59,056 nt of DNA from an uncultured Clostridia bacterium (GCA_946184165.1 CAMHEN010000001.1:1-59056), one strand, 5' to 3'. Positions 9,166 to 20,017 are shown, numbered from the stretch's first letter. Numbers and translations are program-made. Notes: generated from the letters alone by a model not told the origin.

Positions 9166-9658
9166 GACCCGAAAGCTCACGCTGATGGCCCTCCTCACAG
9201 CCATCGCGCTCACGATCTTCGTGGTAGAGAACCAGATTCCGGCCCCCGTGCCCATCCCCGGCGTCAAGCTGGGCCTTGCCAATATTATCACGCTCATCAC
9301 CATGGTGCTCCTCGGAAAGAGAGAGGCGGGCGTCGTACTGCTTGTCCGCATCCTGATGGGCGCCATGTTTGCGGGCAGTCCCTCCACGCTTCTGTTCAGT
9401 GCGGCGGGAGGTCTGCTCGCGTATCTTGTGATGTGTCTTCTCGTCGGCCGCTTCGGAAGCGATCGGCTCTGGATCGTCTCCGCCCTCGCGGGGATCGCCC
9501 ATAACGCCGGGCAGCTTCTGGCCTGCGTGCTGGTTGTGAAGACGCCTGGCGTATTTGCTTATGCGCCTGTACTTGCGGCATCCGGCGTCATCACGGGCGT
9601 TTTCACCGGACTTGCTGCGCAGTCCCTGCTGAAAGCCCTGAAAAAACTGAAATTCTAA
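9158..9658 (+). CDS. Gx transporter family protein (heptaprenyl diphosphate synthase component I-like, PF07456-type)
   Basis: ORF 9140..9658. ATG 9158 overlaps the upstream stop. The sequence LTLMALLTAIALTIFVVENQIPAPVPIPGVKLGLANIITL is characteristic, and there are 5 TM segments. Confidence 0.75.
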   Translation: MRKTRKLTLMALLTAIALTIFVVENQIPAPVPIPGVKLGLANIITLITMVLLGKREAGVVLLVRILMGAMFAGSPSTLLFSAAGGLLAYLVMCLLVGRFGSDRLWIVSALAGIAHNAGQLLACVLVVKTPGVFAYAPVLAASGVITGVFTGLAAQSLLKALKKLKF

Positions 9659-9691
9659 GTATTTTGAGCATATTTAAGGAGAACAAAAAAC

Positions 9692-10516
9692 ATGAGTGAA
9701 TGCACACATGACTGCTCCACCTGCGGTAAAGACTGTGCCGACCGCACGGCTGAGAGCTTCCGCAAGAGTCTTCGCGAGGGGGCCAGCGTCAAAAAGGTCA
9801 TTGCCGTGGTGAGCGGCAAGGGCGGTGTCGGCAAATCTCTCGTCACCTCCCTGATGGCCTCCGAGATGCAGCGCCGCGGCTTCAACTGCGCGGTGCTGGA
9901 CGCGGACATCACCGGCCCCTCCATCCCGAAATCCTTCGGCATCCATGAACACTGCATGGGTACGGACGAGTATCTTCTCCCCGTGACCACCCACACCGGT
10001 ATGCAGATCATGTCCATGAATCTTATCCTCGCTGACGAGACGGAGCCTGTCGTCTGGCGCGGTCCCGTGATCGCGGGCGCAGTGACCCAGTTCTGGACGG
10101 ATGTCCTGTGGCAGGATGTGGACTATATGTTTGTCGATATGCCTCCCGGAACGGGCGACGTGCCGCTGACCGTCTTTCAGTCCCTCCCGGTGGACGGGAT
10201 CGTCATCGTCACAACGCCGCAGGATCTCGTCGGCATGATCGTGGAGAAGGCCGTGCATATGGCGGCCTTGATGAACATTCCGGTGCTCGCCCTTGTGGAG
10301 AACATGAGCTACTACAAGTGTCCCGACTGCGGCAAAGAGCATGCCATCTTCGGCGACAGCAAGGTGGAGAGCCTCGCGAGACAGTATGGCATCGCCCACT
10401 TTGCAAAGCTGCCCATCGACCCTGTCATCACCACCATGGTGGACGCGGGCGAGGTGGAGTCTGTGAGCGGCGAGCATATCAGCCCCATCGTGGACGCCAT
10501 CCAGAAGGAGGTCTGA
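9692..10516 (+). CDS. Mrp/NBP35 (ApbC-like) iron-sulfur cluster carrier ATPase
   Basis: Deviant Walker A VSGKGGVGKS, a CxxC motif (YKCPDCGKEH), and an N-terminal Cys-rich extension (CTHDCSTCGKDC). AAGGAG SD. Confidence 0.85.
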   Translation: MSECTHDCSTCGKDCADRTAESFRKSLREGASVKKVIAVVSGKGGVGKSLVTSLMASEMQRRGFNCAVLDADITGPSIPKSFGIHEHCMGTDEYLLPVTTHTGMQIMSMNLILADETEPVVWRGPVIAGAVTQFWTDVLWQDVDYMFVDMPPGTGDVPLTVFQSLPVDGIVIVTTPQDLVGMIVEKAVHMAALMNIPVLALVENMSYYKCPDCGKEHAIFGDSKVESLARQYGIAHFAKLPIDPVITTMVDAGEVESVSGEHISPIVDAIQKEV

Positions 10517-10517
10517 G

Positions 10518-10925
10518 ATGCGCATCGCGGTTGCCTATCAGGATGGACAGATCGGAGAACACTTCGGCCATGCGGAAATGTTCGCCGTCTATGAATATGA
10601 AAACGCGGATGTGAACCGCTGTACCAAACGTCTTATAGAGACAAGGGATCTCCACGGCCACCAGGCCATGGCGGATCTGATGCACCGGGAAAACGTGGAC
10701 GCGGTCATCGCCGGCAATATGGGCGGGGAGGCCAAAGCGGCGCTTTTGAGCCTCGGCATCGTTCCCATCGCGGGCTATATGGGCAATGCCGACGATGCGG
10801 CGGATCTCCTCATCCTCGGCAATCTGCCGATCCTCCAGGGGGAGAGCCCCTGCGCGGGCAGTGGCTGCAGCGGCTGCTCCGGCTGTGCCGGCGGGGACTG
10901 CGACTGCACATCCTGCAGCTGCTGA
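10518..10925 (+). CDS. NifB/NifX-family (dinitrogenase Fe-Mo cofactor biosynthesis domain) protein with Cys-rich C-terminal tail
   Basis: MRIAVAYQDGQIGEHFGHAEMFAVYE...VDAVIAGNMGGEAKAALLSLGI matches the NifX/NifB fold family. The tail is GESPCAGSGCSGCSGCAGGDCDCTSCSC. Confidence 0.7.
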   Translation: MRIAVAYQDGQIGEHFGHAEMFAVYEYENADVNRCTKRLIETRDLHGHQAMADLMHRENVDAVIAGNMGGEAKAALLSLGIVPIAGYMGNADDAADLLILGNLPILQGESPCAGSGCSGCSGCAGGDCDCTSCSC

Positions 10926-10952
10926 AAAGAGAATAACCCCATGTCATAAAGG

Positions 10953-10990
10953 CAGCACGGATTCATTATTTCCGCGCTGCCTTTTTTCAC
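10953..10990 (+). terminator. Rho-independent terminator after the NifX-like gene
   Basis: GGCAGCACGG...CGCGCTGCC stem followed by TTTTTT. Confidence 0.6.
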
Positions 10991-11056
10991 GTCCTGTTCG
11001 CACGGCTGTTTGTCGGAATGGGGACATTCTGTAGGGGAATAGGATGGAGAGAGGTG

Positions 11057-11767
11057 ATGGCTGTGCTGGAAAGCGCGTGGATATTGCTGATGAAAAGCCT
11101 GCTGCTCATGCTCCGCATCGCGCCCACGGATTCCTATCCGAAGCCTTTGACACGGGAGGAGGAAAAAGAATGTCTGGAGCGCTGGTTCTCTGGGGATCTC
11201 GCGGCCCGGAATCTCCTGGTAGAGCATAACATGCGGCTTGTTGCGCACATTGTCAAAAAATACTACCAGAATGACGATGTGGACGATCTCATTTCCATTG
11301 GGAGCATCGGTCTCATCAAAGGGATCAATACCTACAGACCCGACAAGGGAGTCCGTCTTGCGACCTACGTGAGCCGCTGTATCGAAAATGAGATCCTGAT
11401 GTACTTTCGGAGCCGGAAAAAAACGGCTGGAGACGTAAGCCTTTCGGACGCTCTGGACGCGGATGGGGAAGGGAGCGGGCTCCAGCTCATGGACGTGGTG
11501 GCAAGCGATGAGGATCTTGCCGATCAGATCAGCAGCAAGGAACTCTGCCGTACCCTGCGGGAAATCATCGACCGCGCCCTCAATGAGCGGGAGGCGCGCA
11601 TCATTCGTCTGCGCTACGGGCTCGAGGGCGGGAAACCCATGACCCAGTCGGAGACCGCAGGAGCGTGTAAGATCAGCAGATCCTATGTCTCCCGTATCGA
11701 GAAGCGCGCCCTGGAAAAACTGCGTGAGGTCCTTGAAGGAAAGGCTGCTTCAGGCTTGACCGTATAG
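11057..11767 (+). CDS. sigK: Sporulation sigma factor SigK (pro-sigma-K), uninterrupted
   Basis: YPKPLTREEE...LLVEHNMRLVAHIVKKY...DLISIGSIGLIKGINTY...LATYVSRCIENEILMYFRSRKKTAGDVSL...ISRSYVSRIEKRAL closely parallels B. subtilis SigK (LVAHIVKKF, DVSL). There is a hydrophobic pro-sequence. ATG 11057 lies behind GGAGAGAGG; the track ORF starts at 11018. Confidence 0.8.
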   Translation: MAVLESAWILLMKSLLLMLRIAPTDSYPKPLTREEEKECLERWFSGDLAARNLLVEHNMRLVAHIVKKYYQNDDVDDLISIGSIGLIKGINTYRPDKGVRLATYVSRCIENEILMYFRSRKKTAGDVSLSDALDADGEGSGLQLMDVVASDEDLADQISSKELCRTLREIIDRALNEREARIIRLRYGLEGGKPMTQSETAGACKISRSYVSRIEKRALEKLREVLEGKAASGLTV

Positions 11768-11889
11768 TCTCTCTGGGGTCAAAGTGGGGGATGAGTGTCG
11801 GAGAAAGACTTGAATTCGTAACAAATTGGTGGTATAATGCAGCACAATGCGTAAATCCAAGCGCTTTCTCTGGAAAGGAGCGTGTGCGT

Positions 11890-12723
11890 TTGAGAAAAAA
11901 AACACTCTGGATTCTCTCCATGGTCGCGCTCTGCCTCGTGCTCTATGCTGTAGTACAGTCCCGGATGGAGAGCGGCGCCACCATCATCTTCGGCGGAAAT
12001 GAGGGCACCTTTATCCACTCCGACAGCGCGAGCTTTGCCGACCGCAATGTCACCCCCACGCCGGAGCCTACGGAGGATATCTGGCCAAAGCTCACGACCA
12101 AGGACTTTGAAGACAATACCTATCTCCAGATCGTCAACAACAATAACCTCCTCTCCTCGGCCTACGAGCCGGAGGTCTCAAAGATCGCGCGGACCCGTTA
12201 CATGATGTACAGCACGGAGTATATGCCGTACCTGGACGCCTTCCTTGATGCTATTGAGGAGGCGGGCTTTGAGTACTTCATTGCAGGCGCCTACCGTTCC
12301 TATTCCTATCAGGCCCACGTGTTCAACTCCAAGGCCAGCCAGATAGCCTATGAGATGTCCGGCGGCAAGCAGGTAGACTACACGGATCCAATCTATCAGG
12401 AGGCGGCGGAGAAAGCCAAATCCATCACTGCACCCGCGGGGGCGAGCGAGCATCAGCTCGGGCTCTGCGTGGATATCCTGGACAAAAACCGCCAGCGCCT
12501 CGTCTATGAAAACATGAACCAGGAGCTTTTCGCCTGGCTCGACGAGCACTGCGCCGAGTACGGCTTCATCAAGCGCTACCCCACGAGAAAGCTCCTGCTC
12601 ACGGGCTGGGATGAGCCCTGGCATTACCGCTATGTGGGCCGCGAGGTCGCTACCTTCGTCATGGAGAACAATCTCTGCTATGAGGAATTCTACGCCCATT
12701 ATTTCCCGGATTTTGAATACTGA
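11890..12723 (+). CDS. VanY-like D-alanyl-D-alanine carboxypeptidase (peptidase M15B), membrane anchored
   Basis: Track ORF 11791..12723. Signal anchor RKKTLWILSMVALCLVLYAVV. Motifs YRSYSYQ, SEHQLGLCVDI, EYGFIKRYP, WHYRYVG. The start is uncertain; TTG 11890 lies 9 nt after AAAGGAG. Confidence 0.75.
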   Translation: MRKKTLWILSMVALCLVLYAVVQSRMESGATIIFGGNEGTFIHSDSASFADRNVTPTPEPTEDIWPKLTTKDFEDNTYLQIVNNNNLLSSAYEPEVSKIARTRYMMYSTEYMPYLDAFLDAIEEAGFEYFIAGAYRSYSYQAHVFNSKASQIAYEMSGGKQVDYTDPIYQEAAEKAKSITAPAGASEHQLGLCVDILDKNRQRLVYENMNQELFAWLDEHCAEYGFIKRYPTRKLLLTGWDEPWHYRYVGREVATFVMENNLCYEEFYAHYFPDFEY

Positions 12724-12847
12724 GCCAAAAGCCTCCTCCGGGGGGCTTTTTCTTTTTCCCGGCATAGATTAAATGTCTCAATCGCTTGTGAATTGGAAAA
12801 AACTATGATATAATAAAGTATAATGGAAAAGTATGTGGTGAAGAGCA

Positions 12848-14812
12848 ATGGATCATTTCGAACTTGTCTCGGACTATCAGCCGACCGGGGACCAGCCCGA
12901 GGCGATCGACACGTTGGTCGCGGGCATCGAGAATGGCATTGATGAGCAGATCCTCCTGGGCGTCACGGGCTCCGGCAAGACCTTCACGATGGCAAACGTC
13001 ATCGCGCGCCTAAACCGCCCTACGCTGGTGCTGGCCCACAATAAGACCCTCGCCGCCCAGCTCTGCAGTGAGTTTAAGGAGTTCTTCCCGGAAAACGCCG
13101 TGGAGTACTTTGTATCTTACTATGACTATTATCAGCCGGAGGCGTATATCCCACACACGGACACCTATATCGAAAAGGACGCCTCTATCAACGACGAGAT
13201 CGAGCGCCTGCGCCACAGCGCGACCTCCAGCCTTTTCGAGCGGCGGGACGTGATCGTCGTCTCCTCGGTGTCCTGTATCTACGGCCTCGGCGACCCCATC
13301 GACTATGCAAATATGGTCATTTCCCTGCGCCCCGGTCAGACCAGAAACTTTGACGAGCTATTGAAAAAGCTCGTGGAGATCCGCTATGAGAGAAACGATA
13401 TCGCCTTTGAACGAAACAAGTTCCGCGTGCGCGGCGATACGGTGGAGATCTTTCCCGCCTACTCCAACGACAAGGCCATCCGCGTGGAATTTTTCGGGGA
13501 CGAGATCGACCGCATCAGCGAGATCAACGTCGTCACCGGCACAGCCACGCGCTACTTAAACCACGCTGCCATCTATCCCGCAAGCCACTATGTCACCACC
13601 AAGGAGAAAATGGCCGCCGCCATTGAGCGCATCCGGGCGGAATGCGACGAGCGCGTCAAGTATTTCACCGACAACAATAAGCTCCTCGAGGCCCAGCGCA
13701 TCCGACAGCGCACGGACTACGACATCGAAATGATGCAGGAGCTCGGCTACTGCACCGGGATTGAAAACTACTCCCGCGTCATCTCAAACCGCGCCCCCGG
13801 AAGCCCGCCCATGACGCTCCTTGACTATTTCCCCAAGGACTTTCTACTCTTTGTGGACGAGAGCCATGTGACCCTTCCCCAGGTGCGCGCCATGTACCGG
13901 GGTGACAGGGCCCGGAAGGAATCGTTGGTGGAATTCGGCTTTCGCCTGCCTTCCGCCTTTGACAACCGACCCCTCAAGTTCGATGAATTTTCCAGACGCA
14001 TCCATCAGCGGGTCTATGTCTCTGCAACTCCCGGGGACTTTGAACGCGAGCGCGCGGGCCAGATCGCGGAGCAGATCATCCGCCCCACGGGCCTTCTCGA
14101 TCCCGAGATATTCGTCCGGCCTGTCGAAGGGCAGATCGACGATCTCATCGGGGAGATCAACGGCAAGATCCAGAAGGGTCAGCGCACTCTTGTCACGACG
14201 CTCACCAAAAAGATGGCGGAGGATCTGTCGGCCTATCTCACTGGCTCCGGTATCCGCTGCCGCTATATGCACCATGATATCTCCACCATCGAGCGCATGG
14301 AGATCATCCGGGATCTGCGCCTCGGCGAGTTCGATGTTCTGGTTGGCATAAACCTTCTGCGCGAGGGTTTGGATATCCCGGAGGTGGGCCTTGTCGCCAT
14401 CCTCGATGCGGACAAGGAGGGCTTCCTCCGGAGCGAGACGAGTCTGATCCAGACTGTGGGCCGCGCAGCCCGAAATGCCGAGAGCTTCGTCATTATGTAT
14501 GCCGATACGATCACACCCTCCATGCGCGCCTGCATCACGGAGACGGAGCGCCGCCGTGCTAAGCAGAAGGCCTATAACGAGGCAAACGGCATCATTCCCA
14601 AGACCATCACCAAGAGCGTGCGGGAGCTTCTGGAGATCTCCACGGACGCGGCGCCCAGGCTCAAGGCAAACGGCGTCAAGATGACCGAGCGCGAGAGAAA
14701 GGAGCTCATCGCGTCTCTCGAGGCGCAAATGAAGAAGGCAGCTCAGATGCTTGAATACGAGATCGCAGCCCAGCTCCGCGACGAGATCATCCGCCTCAGG
14801 GGCGAAAAATAG
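12848..14812 (+). CDS. uvrB: Excinuclease ABC subunit B
   Basis: Full-length match to conserved UvrB motifs ([26 protein letters not shown], the beta-hairpin region, and a C-terminal UVR domain [13 protein letters not shown]). Confidence 0.95.
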   Translation: MDHFELVSDYQPTGDQPEAIDTLVAGIENGIDEQILLGVTGSGKTFTMANVIARLNRPTLVLAHNKTLAAQLCSEFKEFFPENAVEYFVSYYDYYQPEAYIPHTDTYIEKDASINDEIERLRHSATSSLFERRDVIVVSSVSCIYGLGDPIDYANMVISLRPGQTRNFDELLKKLVEIRYERNDIAFERNKFRVRGDTVEIFPAYSNDKAIRVEFFGDEIDRISEINVVTGTATRYLNHAAIYPASHYVTTKEKMAAAIERIRAECDERVKYFTDNNKLLEAQRIRQRTDYDIEMMQELGYCTGIENYSRVISNRAPGSPPMTLLDYFPKDFLLFVDESHVTLPQVRAMYRGDRARKESLVEFGFRLPSAFDNRPLKFDEFSRRIHQRVYVSATPGDFERERAGQIAEQIIRPTGLLDPEIFVRPVEGQIDDLIGEINGKIQKGQRTLVTTLTKKMAEDLSAYLTGSGIRCRYMHHDISTIERMEIIRDLRLGEFDVLVGINLLREGLDIPEVGLVAILDADKEGFLRSETSLIQTVGRAARNAESFVIMYADTITPSMRACITETERRRAKQKAYNEANGIIPKTITKSVRELLEISTDAAPRLKANGVKMTERERKELIASLEAQMKKAAQMLEYEIAAQLRDEIIRLRGEK

Positions 14813-14839
14813 ACTCCTGCTTCAACAGGGAGGAACAAT

Positions 14840-17398
14840 ATGAAACTCATGATCCTCGATGGGAACAGCATCGTCAATCGCGCTTTTTACGGCGTCCGCT
14901 CCCTCAACGCGCCGGACGGGACGCCCACCAACGCGGTTTTCGGATTCCTGAACATCCTCCAGCGCATGCTGGACGAGCAGAAGCCGGACGCCGTCTGCGT
15001 GAGCTTTGACAGGAAGGAGCCGACCTTCCGCCATAAAGCCTACGACGGATACAAGGCCCAGCGCAAGGGCATGCCGGAGGAGCTCGCACAGCAGATGCCG
15101 GTTTTGAAGGAGACACTCGACGCCATGGGGATCCGCCGTTATGAGCTCGCGGGATACGAGGCGGACGATATTCTCGGCACCGTCTCGGTAAAGTGTACCG
15201 AGCAGGGCTGGGACTGCGTCGTCGTCACCGGCGACAAGGACAGCCTCCAGCTCATCACCGACACCACCACGGTCTGCAACGTCAAAACCCGCATGGGGAG
15301 CACCGAGACCATCAACTATACACCGGAAGTCTTCCGGGAGGAATACGGCTTCGACCCCCCGCAGATGGTGGACCTCAAGGCCCTCATGGGGGACAGCTCC
15401 GATAATATCCCGGGCGTTCCCGGCATCGGGGAGAAGACCGCCCTCGAGCTCGTGCGCCGTTACGGCACAGTGGAACGCATCTATGAAGACCTCGCGTCCC
15501 TCGATGTAAAGGACGGCGTGCGCAAAAAGCTCGCCGCGGGAGAGGAGAGCGCCCGCATGTCCTACTGGCTTGCCACCATCCTGAAGGAGGTCCCCATGGA
15601 GTTTGACCCAGCGGCAAACCTCTGGGACAAAAACTACACCGAGGCGCTCTACGGCCTTTTCAAACGCCTCGGCTTTCAGAAGTTTATCGACAGATGGGGC
15701 CTCACGGAATCTTCGGAGACTGCTGCGGCAGAGCGCGCGGAGGAACTGCCCCGGGTCACGGTATATTCTGAGGACACGCTGGACGCGCTTTTGGACGCGG
15801 CAGAGAAGGCGCCGCTTCTCGCGGTGGACTTCTCCCCGGCGCTGGATCAAATCGAAATCTGCGACGGGAAGCGCGTCTATGAGGCAGGGCGCATCGCTTG
15901 CGCCGACCGGTATTACGATCTTTTGAACATCGTGTTCAGCCCCGACAAGAGAAAAATCGGCCACCAGGTCAAGGAGCTCATGAACACTCTTGCCAGCGAA
16001 GGCTTGAGCCGGGAGGGCTTTACATTCGATACGGCCCTTGCAGCCTATCTCCTGGACGCAAATGAGAGCGACTATCCGCTCTCACGCATTTCCGCACGGT
16101 ATCTCGGTACAGAATCTGCCGGGACCCAGGCAGTCTTTGCGCTCTATCCCGTGCTCAGCGAAAAACTCAAGGAGCTCGGCATGGCGGAGCTCTATCAGAC
16201 TATAGAACTGCCCCTCTGCGAGGTCCTCTCCGATATGGAGCAGGCGGGCTTCTTTGTGGACCGCAAAGCCCTCTATGAATTCGGCGAGAACTTAAACGGC
16301 GATATCGAGCGCCTGCAGGAGAGCATCTGGCAGCATGCGGGCCACAGCTTCAACATCAATTCCCCCAAGCAGCTCGGCGAGGTTTTGTTTGAAGAGCTGA
16401 TGCTGCCCTCCGGAAAAAAGACCAAAACCGGCTGGAGCACCAACATTGACGTAATGGAAAAGCTGCGGGGCAAGCACCCCATTATTGACGAGGTGCTGGA
16501 ATACCGCACGCTCACCAAACTCAAATCCACCTATGCCGACGGGCTTCTGAAGGTGATCGGGGAGGACGGGCGTATCCGCTCCAGCTTTCAGATGACCGTC
16601 ACCGCCACCGGCAGGCTCTCCTCCACGGAGCCGAACCTGCAGAATATCCCGGTGCGCAAGAAGCTCGGGGCAGAAATCCGAAAGATGTTTGTCGCCGGCC
16701 CGGACATGGTGTTGGTGGACGCGGACTACAGCCAGATCGAGCTTCGGCTTCTGGCCCACATCTCCGGGGACGAAGCTATGCGCGAAGCCTTTCTGAGCGG
16801 GGAGGATTTCCACCGCGTTACGGCAGCAAAGGTCTTCGGCGTCCCTCTGGAGGAGGTCACGACACTCCAGAGAAGCCGCGCCAAGGCGGTCAACTTCGGC
16901 ATCGTCTACGGCATCTCTGCCTTTTCGCTCGCCCAGGATATCGGCGTCTACCCGAACGAGGCCAAGGCCTATATGGACGCCTATCTTGACCGCTATCACG
17001 GTGTGCGGGAATATATGGAAAAAATCAAAGAACAGGCAAAACGCGACGGTTATGTGGAGACGATCTTCCACCGCCGCCGTTGGCTGCCGGAACTCAAGAG
17101 CGCAAACTTCAACGTCCGCTCCTTCGGGGAGCGCGTGGCCCTGAACATGCCCGTTCAGGGGACCGCCGCAGATGTTATCAAACTTGCCATGGTGAACGTC
17201 CATCGCAGGCTTAAGGAGGAAAAGCTGCGGGCGCGTCTCATCCTCCAGGTACATGACGAGCTTATTGTGGAGTGCCCTGAGGCGGAGGCGGAGCATGTAC
17301 GGCGGCTTCTGGAGGAGGAGATGGAGAATGCGGTACACTTCTCCGTCCCCCTCATCGCCGAGGCTCACATCGGCCACAGCTGGGCGGAGGCGCACTGA
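14840..17398 (+). CDS. polA: DNA polymerase I
   Basis: A 5'-nuclease domain (LILDGNSIVNRAFY, GDKDSLQL), then polymerase motifs A (DYSQIELR), B (RSRAKAVNFGIVYG) and C (QVHDEL). Confidence 0.95.
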   Translation: MKLMILDGNSIVNRAFYGVRSLNAPDGTPTNAVFGFLNILQRMLDEQKPDAVCVSFDRKEPTFRHKAYDGYKAQRKGMPEELAQQMPVLKETLDAMGIRRYELAGYEADDILGTVSVKCTEQGWDCVVVTGDKDSLQLITDTTTVCNVKTRMGSTETINYTPEVFREEYGFDPPQMVDLKALMGDSSDNIPGVPGIGEKTALELVRRYGTVERIYEDLASLDVKDGVRKKLAAGEESARMSYWLATILKEVPMEFDPAANLWDKNYTEALYGLFKRLGFQKFIDRWGLTESSETAAAERAEELPRVTVYSEDTLDALLDAAEKAPLLAVDFSPALDQIEICDGKRVYEAGRIACADRYYDLLNIVFSPDKRKIGHQVKELMNTLASEGLSREGFTFDTALAAYLLDANESDYPLSRISARYLGTESAGTQAVFALYPVLSEKLKELGMAELYQTIELPLCEVLSDMEQAGFFVDRKALYEFGENLNGDIERLQESIWQHAGHSFNINSPKQLGEVLFEELMLPSGKKTKTGWSTNIDVMEKLRGKHPIIDEVLEYRTLTKLKSTYADGLLKVIGEDGRIRSSFQMTVTATGRLSSTEPNLQNIPVRKKLGAEIRKMFVAGPDMVLVDADYSQIELRLLAHISGDEAMREAFLSGEDFHRVTAAKVFGVPLEEVTTLQRSRAKAVNFGIVYGISAFSLAQDIGVYPNEAKAYMDAYLDRYHGVREYMEKIKEQAKRDGYVETIFHRRRWLPELKSANFNVRSFGERVALNMPVQGTAADVIKLAMVNVHRRLKEEKLRARLILQVHDELIVECPEAEAEHVRRLLEEEMENAVHFSVPLIAEAHIGHSWAEAH

Positions 17399-17859
17399 TG
17401 ATTTTTGCGATCCGTGACGTCCTGCCGCGGGAGATCCCGCAGATTGAGGCGCTGGAAAAAGCCTGCTTCTCCCTGCCCTGGACGCAGGACCAGCTCAAAA
17501 GCCAGCTCAGGGACAGGCAGCACGAGTTTATCGCCGCCGTCAGCGAGAGCGGTACGGTCCTCGGCTATATCGGCATGATGCATGTGCTGGATGAGGGGTA
17601 TATCTCCAACGTGGCGGTCTCGCCCGACCGCCGCAGGCAGGGCATCGGCGATGCACTGATCGCGGCATTGATAAAAATCTGCGAGGCTCTGGGGCTGAGC
17701 TTTGTGACGCTGGAGGTCCGCGCCGGGAACAAACCCGCCATCGCCCTCTACGAAAAGCACGGCTTTGAAAGGGTGGGCCTTCGCAAAAACTACTATGACC
17801 ATCCGCGTGAGGACGCGCTCCTCATGACGAAAACTTTTGAATCGAGGCAACAGCTTTGA
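17398..17859 (+). CDS. rimI: Ribosomal-protein-alanine N-acetyltransferase (GNAT)
   Basis: GNAT motif VSPDRRRQGIGDALI, size and position directly upstream of tsaD. The ATG overlaps the polA stop (TGATG). Confidence 0.8.
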   Translation: MIFAIRDVLPREIPQIEALEKACFSLPWTQDQLKSQLRDRQHEFIAAVSESGTVLGYIGMMHVLDEGYISNVAVSPDRRRQGIGDALIAALIKICEALGLSFVTLEVRAGNKPAIALYEKHGFERVGLRKNYYDHPREDALLMTKTFESRQQL

Positions 17860-18857
17860 AAATACTTGCGTTTGAATCCACCTGTGATGAGACTGCCGTC
17901 GCCGTCGTGGAGGACGGGCGGAAGATCCTCACCGACCAGATCCTGTCTCAGGCGTCCCTGCATGCAGTCTACGGCGGTGTCGTGCCGGAGATCGCATCCC
18001 GCTGCCATGTGGAGGCCATCTCCATTCTGGCTGAGCGCGCCGTCGAGGCGGCGGGCATTCAAAAAAAAGACATCGACGCGGTGGCTGTATCCTATGCCCC
18101 CGGGCTTATCGGCGCTGTCCTCGTGGGCGTAAACTTCGCGAAGGCCTGCGCGTCCGCCCTGCATGTGCCGCTTATCCCCGTACACCATATCCGGGGCCAC
18201 ATCGCGGCAAACTATCTCGCCTACCCGGAGCTCGAGCCGCCCTTTCTCTGCCTTGCCATTTCCGGCGGCAACTCGCTCCTCGTGGATGTGCGCGACTATA
18301 CGGATATGAAAATCATCGGCTGTACGCGGGACGACGCGGCGGGGGAGTGCTTTGACAAGACCGCGCGCGTCCTCGGCCTGCCCTATCCCGGCGGCAGACC
18401 CATTGAGGAGCTCTCCAGGGGCGGAGACGATACAAAATATGTCTTCCCCACAGCCCATGTGGACGGAAGCCCCTATGATATGAGCTTCTCCGGACTTAAA
18501 ACCGCAGTGATCAATCTCGTCCACAACGCCGAACAGAAGGGAGAGGAGCTCGACAGGGCCTCTCTCGCCGCCTCCTTCACCAAAGCGGTGAGTGACAGTC
18601 TGGTTCCGCGCACAATGCAGGCTGCCCGGGAGCTGGGCTATGACAAGATCGTCGTGGCGGGCGGTGTCGCTGCAAACGCGAGGATTCGTGCGGACTTTGC
18701 AAGAGAGGCTTCGATCGCCGGCTGCAGGCTCTATATCCCGCCCCTCAGACTCTGCGGCGACAACGGCGCCATGGTGGGCGCCCAGGGCTACTACGAATAT
18801 CTCGCGGGCGTCCGGGCCGGAAGCGATCTCAACGCCTACGCGACGATGGAGATCTGA
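17856..18857 (+). CDS. tsaD: tRNA N6-adenosine threonylcarbamoyltransferase
   Basis: KILAFESTCDETAVAVV..., HHIRGH, GGVAAN motifs. TTG start overlapping the rimI stop. Confidence 0.9.
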   Translation: MKILAFESTCDETAVAVVEDGRKILTDQILSQASLHAVYGGVVPEIASRCHVEAISILAERAVEAAGIQKKDIDAVAVSYAPGLIGAVLVGVNFAKACASALHVPLIPVHHIRGHIAANYLAYPELEPPFLCLAISGGNSLLVDVRDYTDMKIIGCTRDDAAGECFDKTARVLGLPYPGGRPIEELSRGGDDTKYVFPTAHVDGSPYDMSFSGLKTAVINLVHNAEQKGEELDRASLAASFTKAVSDSLVPRTMQAARELGYDKIVVAGGVAANARIRADFAREASIAGCRLYIPPLRLCGDNGAMVGAQGYYEYLAGVRAGSDLNAYATMEI

Positions 18858-18871
18858 CAGGATCATAAAAC

Positions 18872-19582
18872 ATGCGGCAGACAGGAGAGATAGAAATGGG
18901 CGTACATGAAGGACACAGAGATCGCCTGCGCCGGACCTTTCTCGAAAACGGACTGCAGGGGATGAATGATATCAATGCACTCGAGCTCCTGCTCTTCTAT
19001 GCCCTGCCGCGCCGTGATACCAATGAAATTGCCCATTTTCTGCTTCGGCGCTTCGGAAGTCTTGACGGCGTGTTCTCCGCATCGGTTGAGGACCTCTGCG
19101 AGGTGGAGGGGATCGGGGAGTATGCGGCTTCGCTCCTCCTGCTGGTCCCGGAGATCATGAAAAAGAGCCGTATATCAAAATCCCGGGAGATCAAACAGAT
19201 CAAGCGCTCGGACGATGCGGGAAACTACCTGCTCCCGTATTTCGCAAATGAGCGGGACGAGGTTGTATATCTCCTGTGCCTGGACAACAAACGGGCCGTG
19301 ATCTGCTGCGTCGAAATGGGGAGAGGCGTTGTGAACGCTGTGGACGCGAGCGTCCGGCGTATCGTGGAAAAGGCGCTCAAGGTAAAAGCCGCCTCTGTGA
19401 TCATTGCCCACAACCATCCCGGCGGTCTCGCCATCCCATCCAGGGAGGATGATATCTTCACAAGGTGTCTTTACAATGCACTGGATACTGTCGGGATACG
19501 CCTGGAGGATCACATCATTATAGCAGACGAAGACTATATCTCCGTTGCCGACACGGGTATGATGGGCTTATATAAATATTAA
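18872..19582 (+). CDS. radC: RadC-family JAB-domain protein (UPF0758)
   Basis: GHRDRLRRTF..., a helix-hairpin-helix region (LCEVEGIGEYAA), and the JAMM motif HNHPGG. The start is ATG 18872 or ATG 18896. Confidence 0.85.
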   Translation: MRQTGEIEMGVHEGHRDRLRRTFLENGLQGMNDINALELLLFYALPRRDTNEIAHFLLRRFGSLDGVFSASVEDLCEVEGIGEYAASLLLLVPEIMKKSRISKSREIKQIKRSDDAGNYLLPYFANERDEVVYLLCLDNKRAVICCVEMGRGVVNAVDASVRRIVEKALKVKAASVIIAHNHPGGLAIPSREDDIFTRCLYNALDTVGIRLEDHIIIADEDYISVADTGMMGLYKY

Positions 19583-20017
19583 TTATGTCCCCTTCTATTT
19601 GTTTCCGGATTGTAACAGGCGGCGTTTTGCAGGTTCGACATATAATTCCAACATTCGCGCAAAGCCTTGATTTATCGCCTGTTTACGACTGTTGAAAAAC
19701 CTGTTGAAAGTGTTGATAACTATTTGCTATATTCAGTACGGTTAATTTTATGTTAACTTTTGTTTCTGGGCGAAAGTACTGCAATATCTCCCGACCTTTC
19801 CCAATTACTATGGAAACTTGGAACGTTTTTCGGGACATATATACTCGCTGGCTCTTTGAACGATCCATGACAAAATGACAAAAAAATACGATTTGTAATA
19901 TTTGGGAAAGCATATGCAGTCAAAGCCCGCCCTCCCTCGGCGCAGACCGGCGGACGACGGACAGGGTCCGGGACCTGAATCTCCCCGCAAACCTTTGGAT
20001 TTACGCTATTTTTCCAC

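Noticed and set aside
11018-11767. sigK interrupted by a skin-like element
   Set aside because: The gene is a single continuous ORF covering the pro-sequence through region 4.2. No recombinase or split halves are present.
12724-12847. A LexA (Cheo) box GAAC-N4-GTTC upstream of uvrB
   Set aside because: No match was found in the 124-bp upstream region. Only a half-site-like GAAC occurs inside the coding start.
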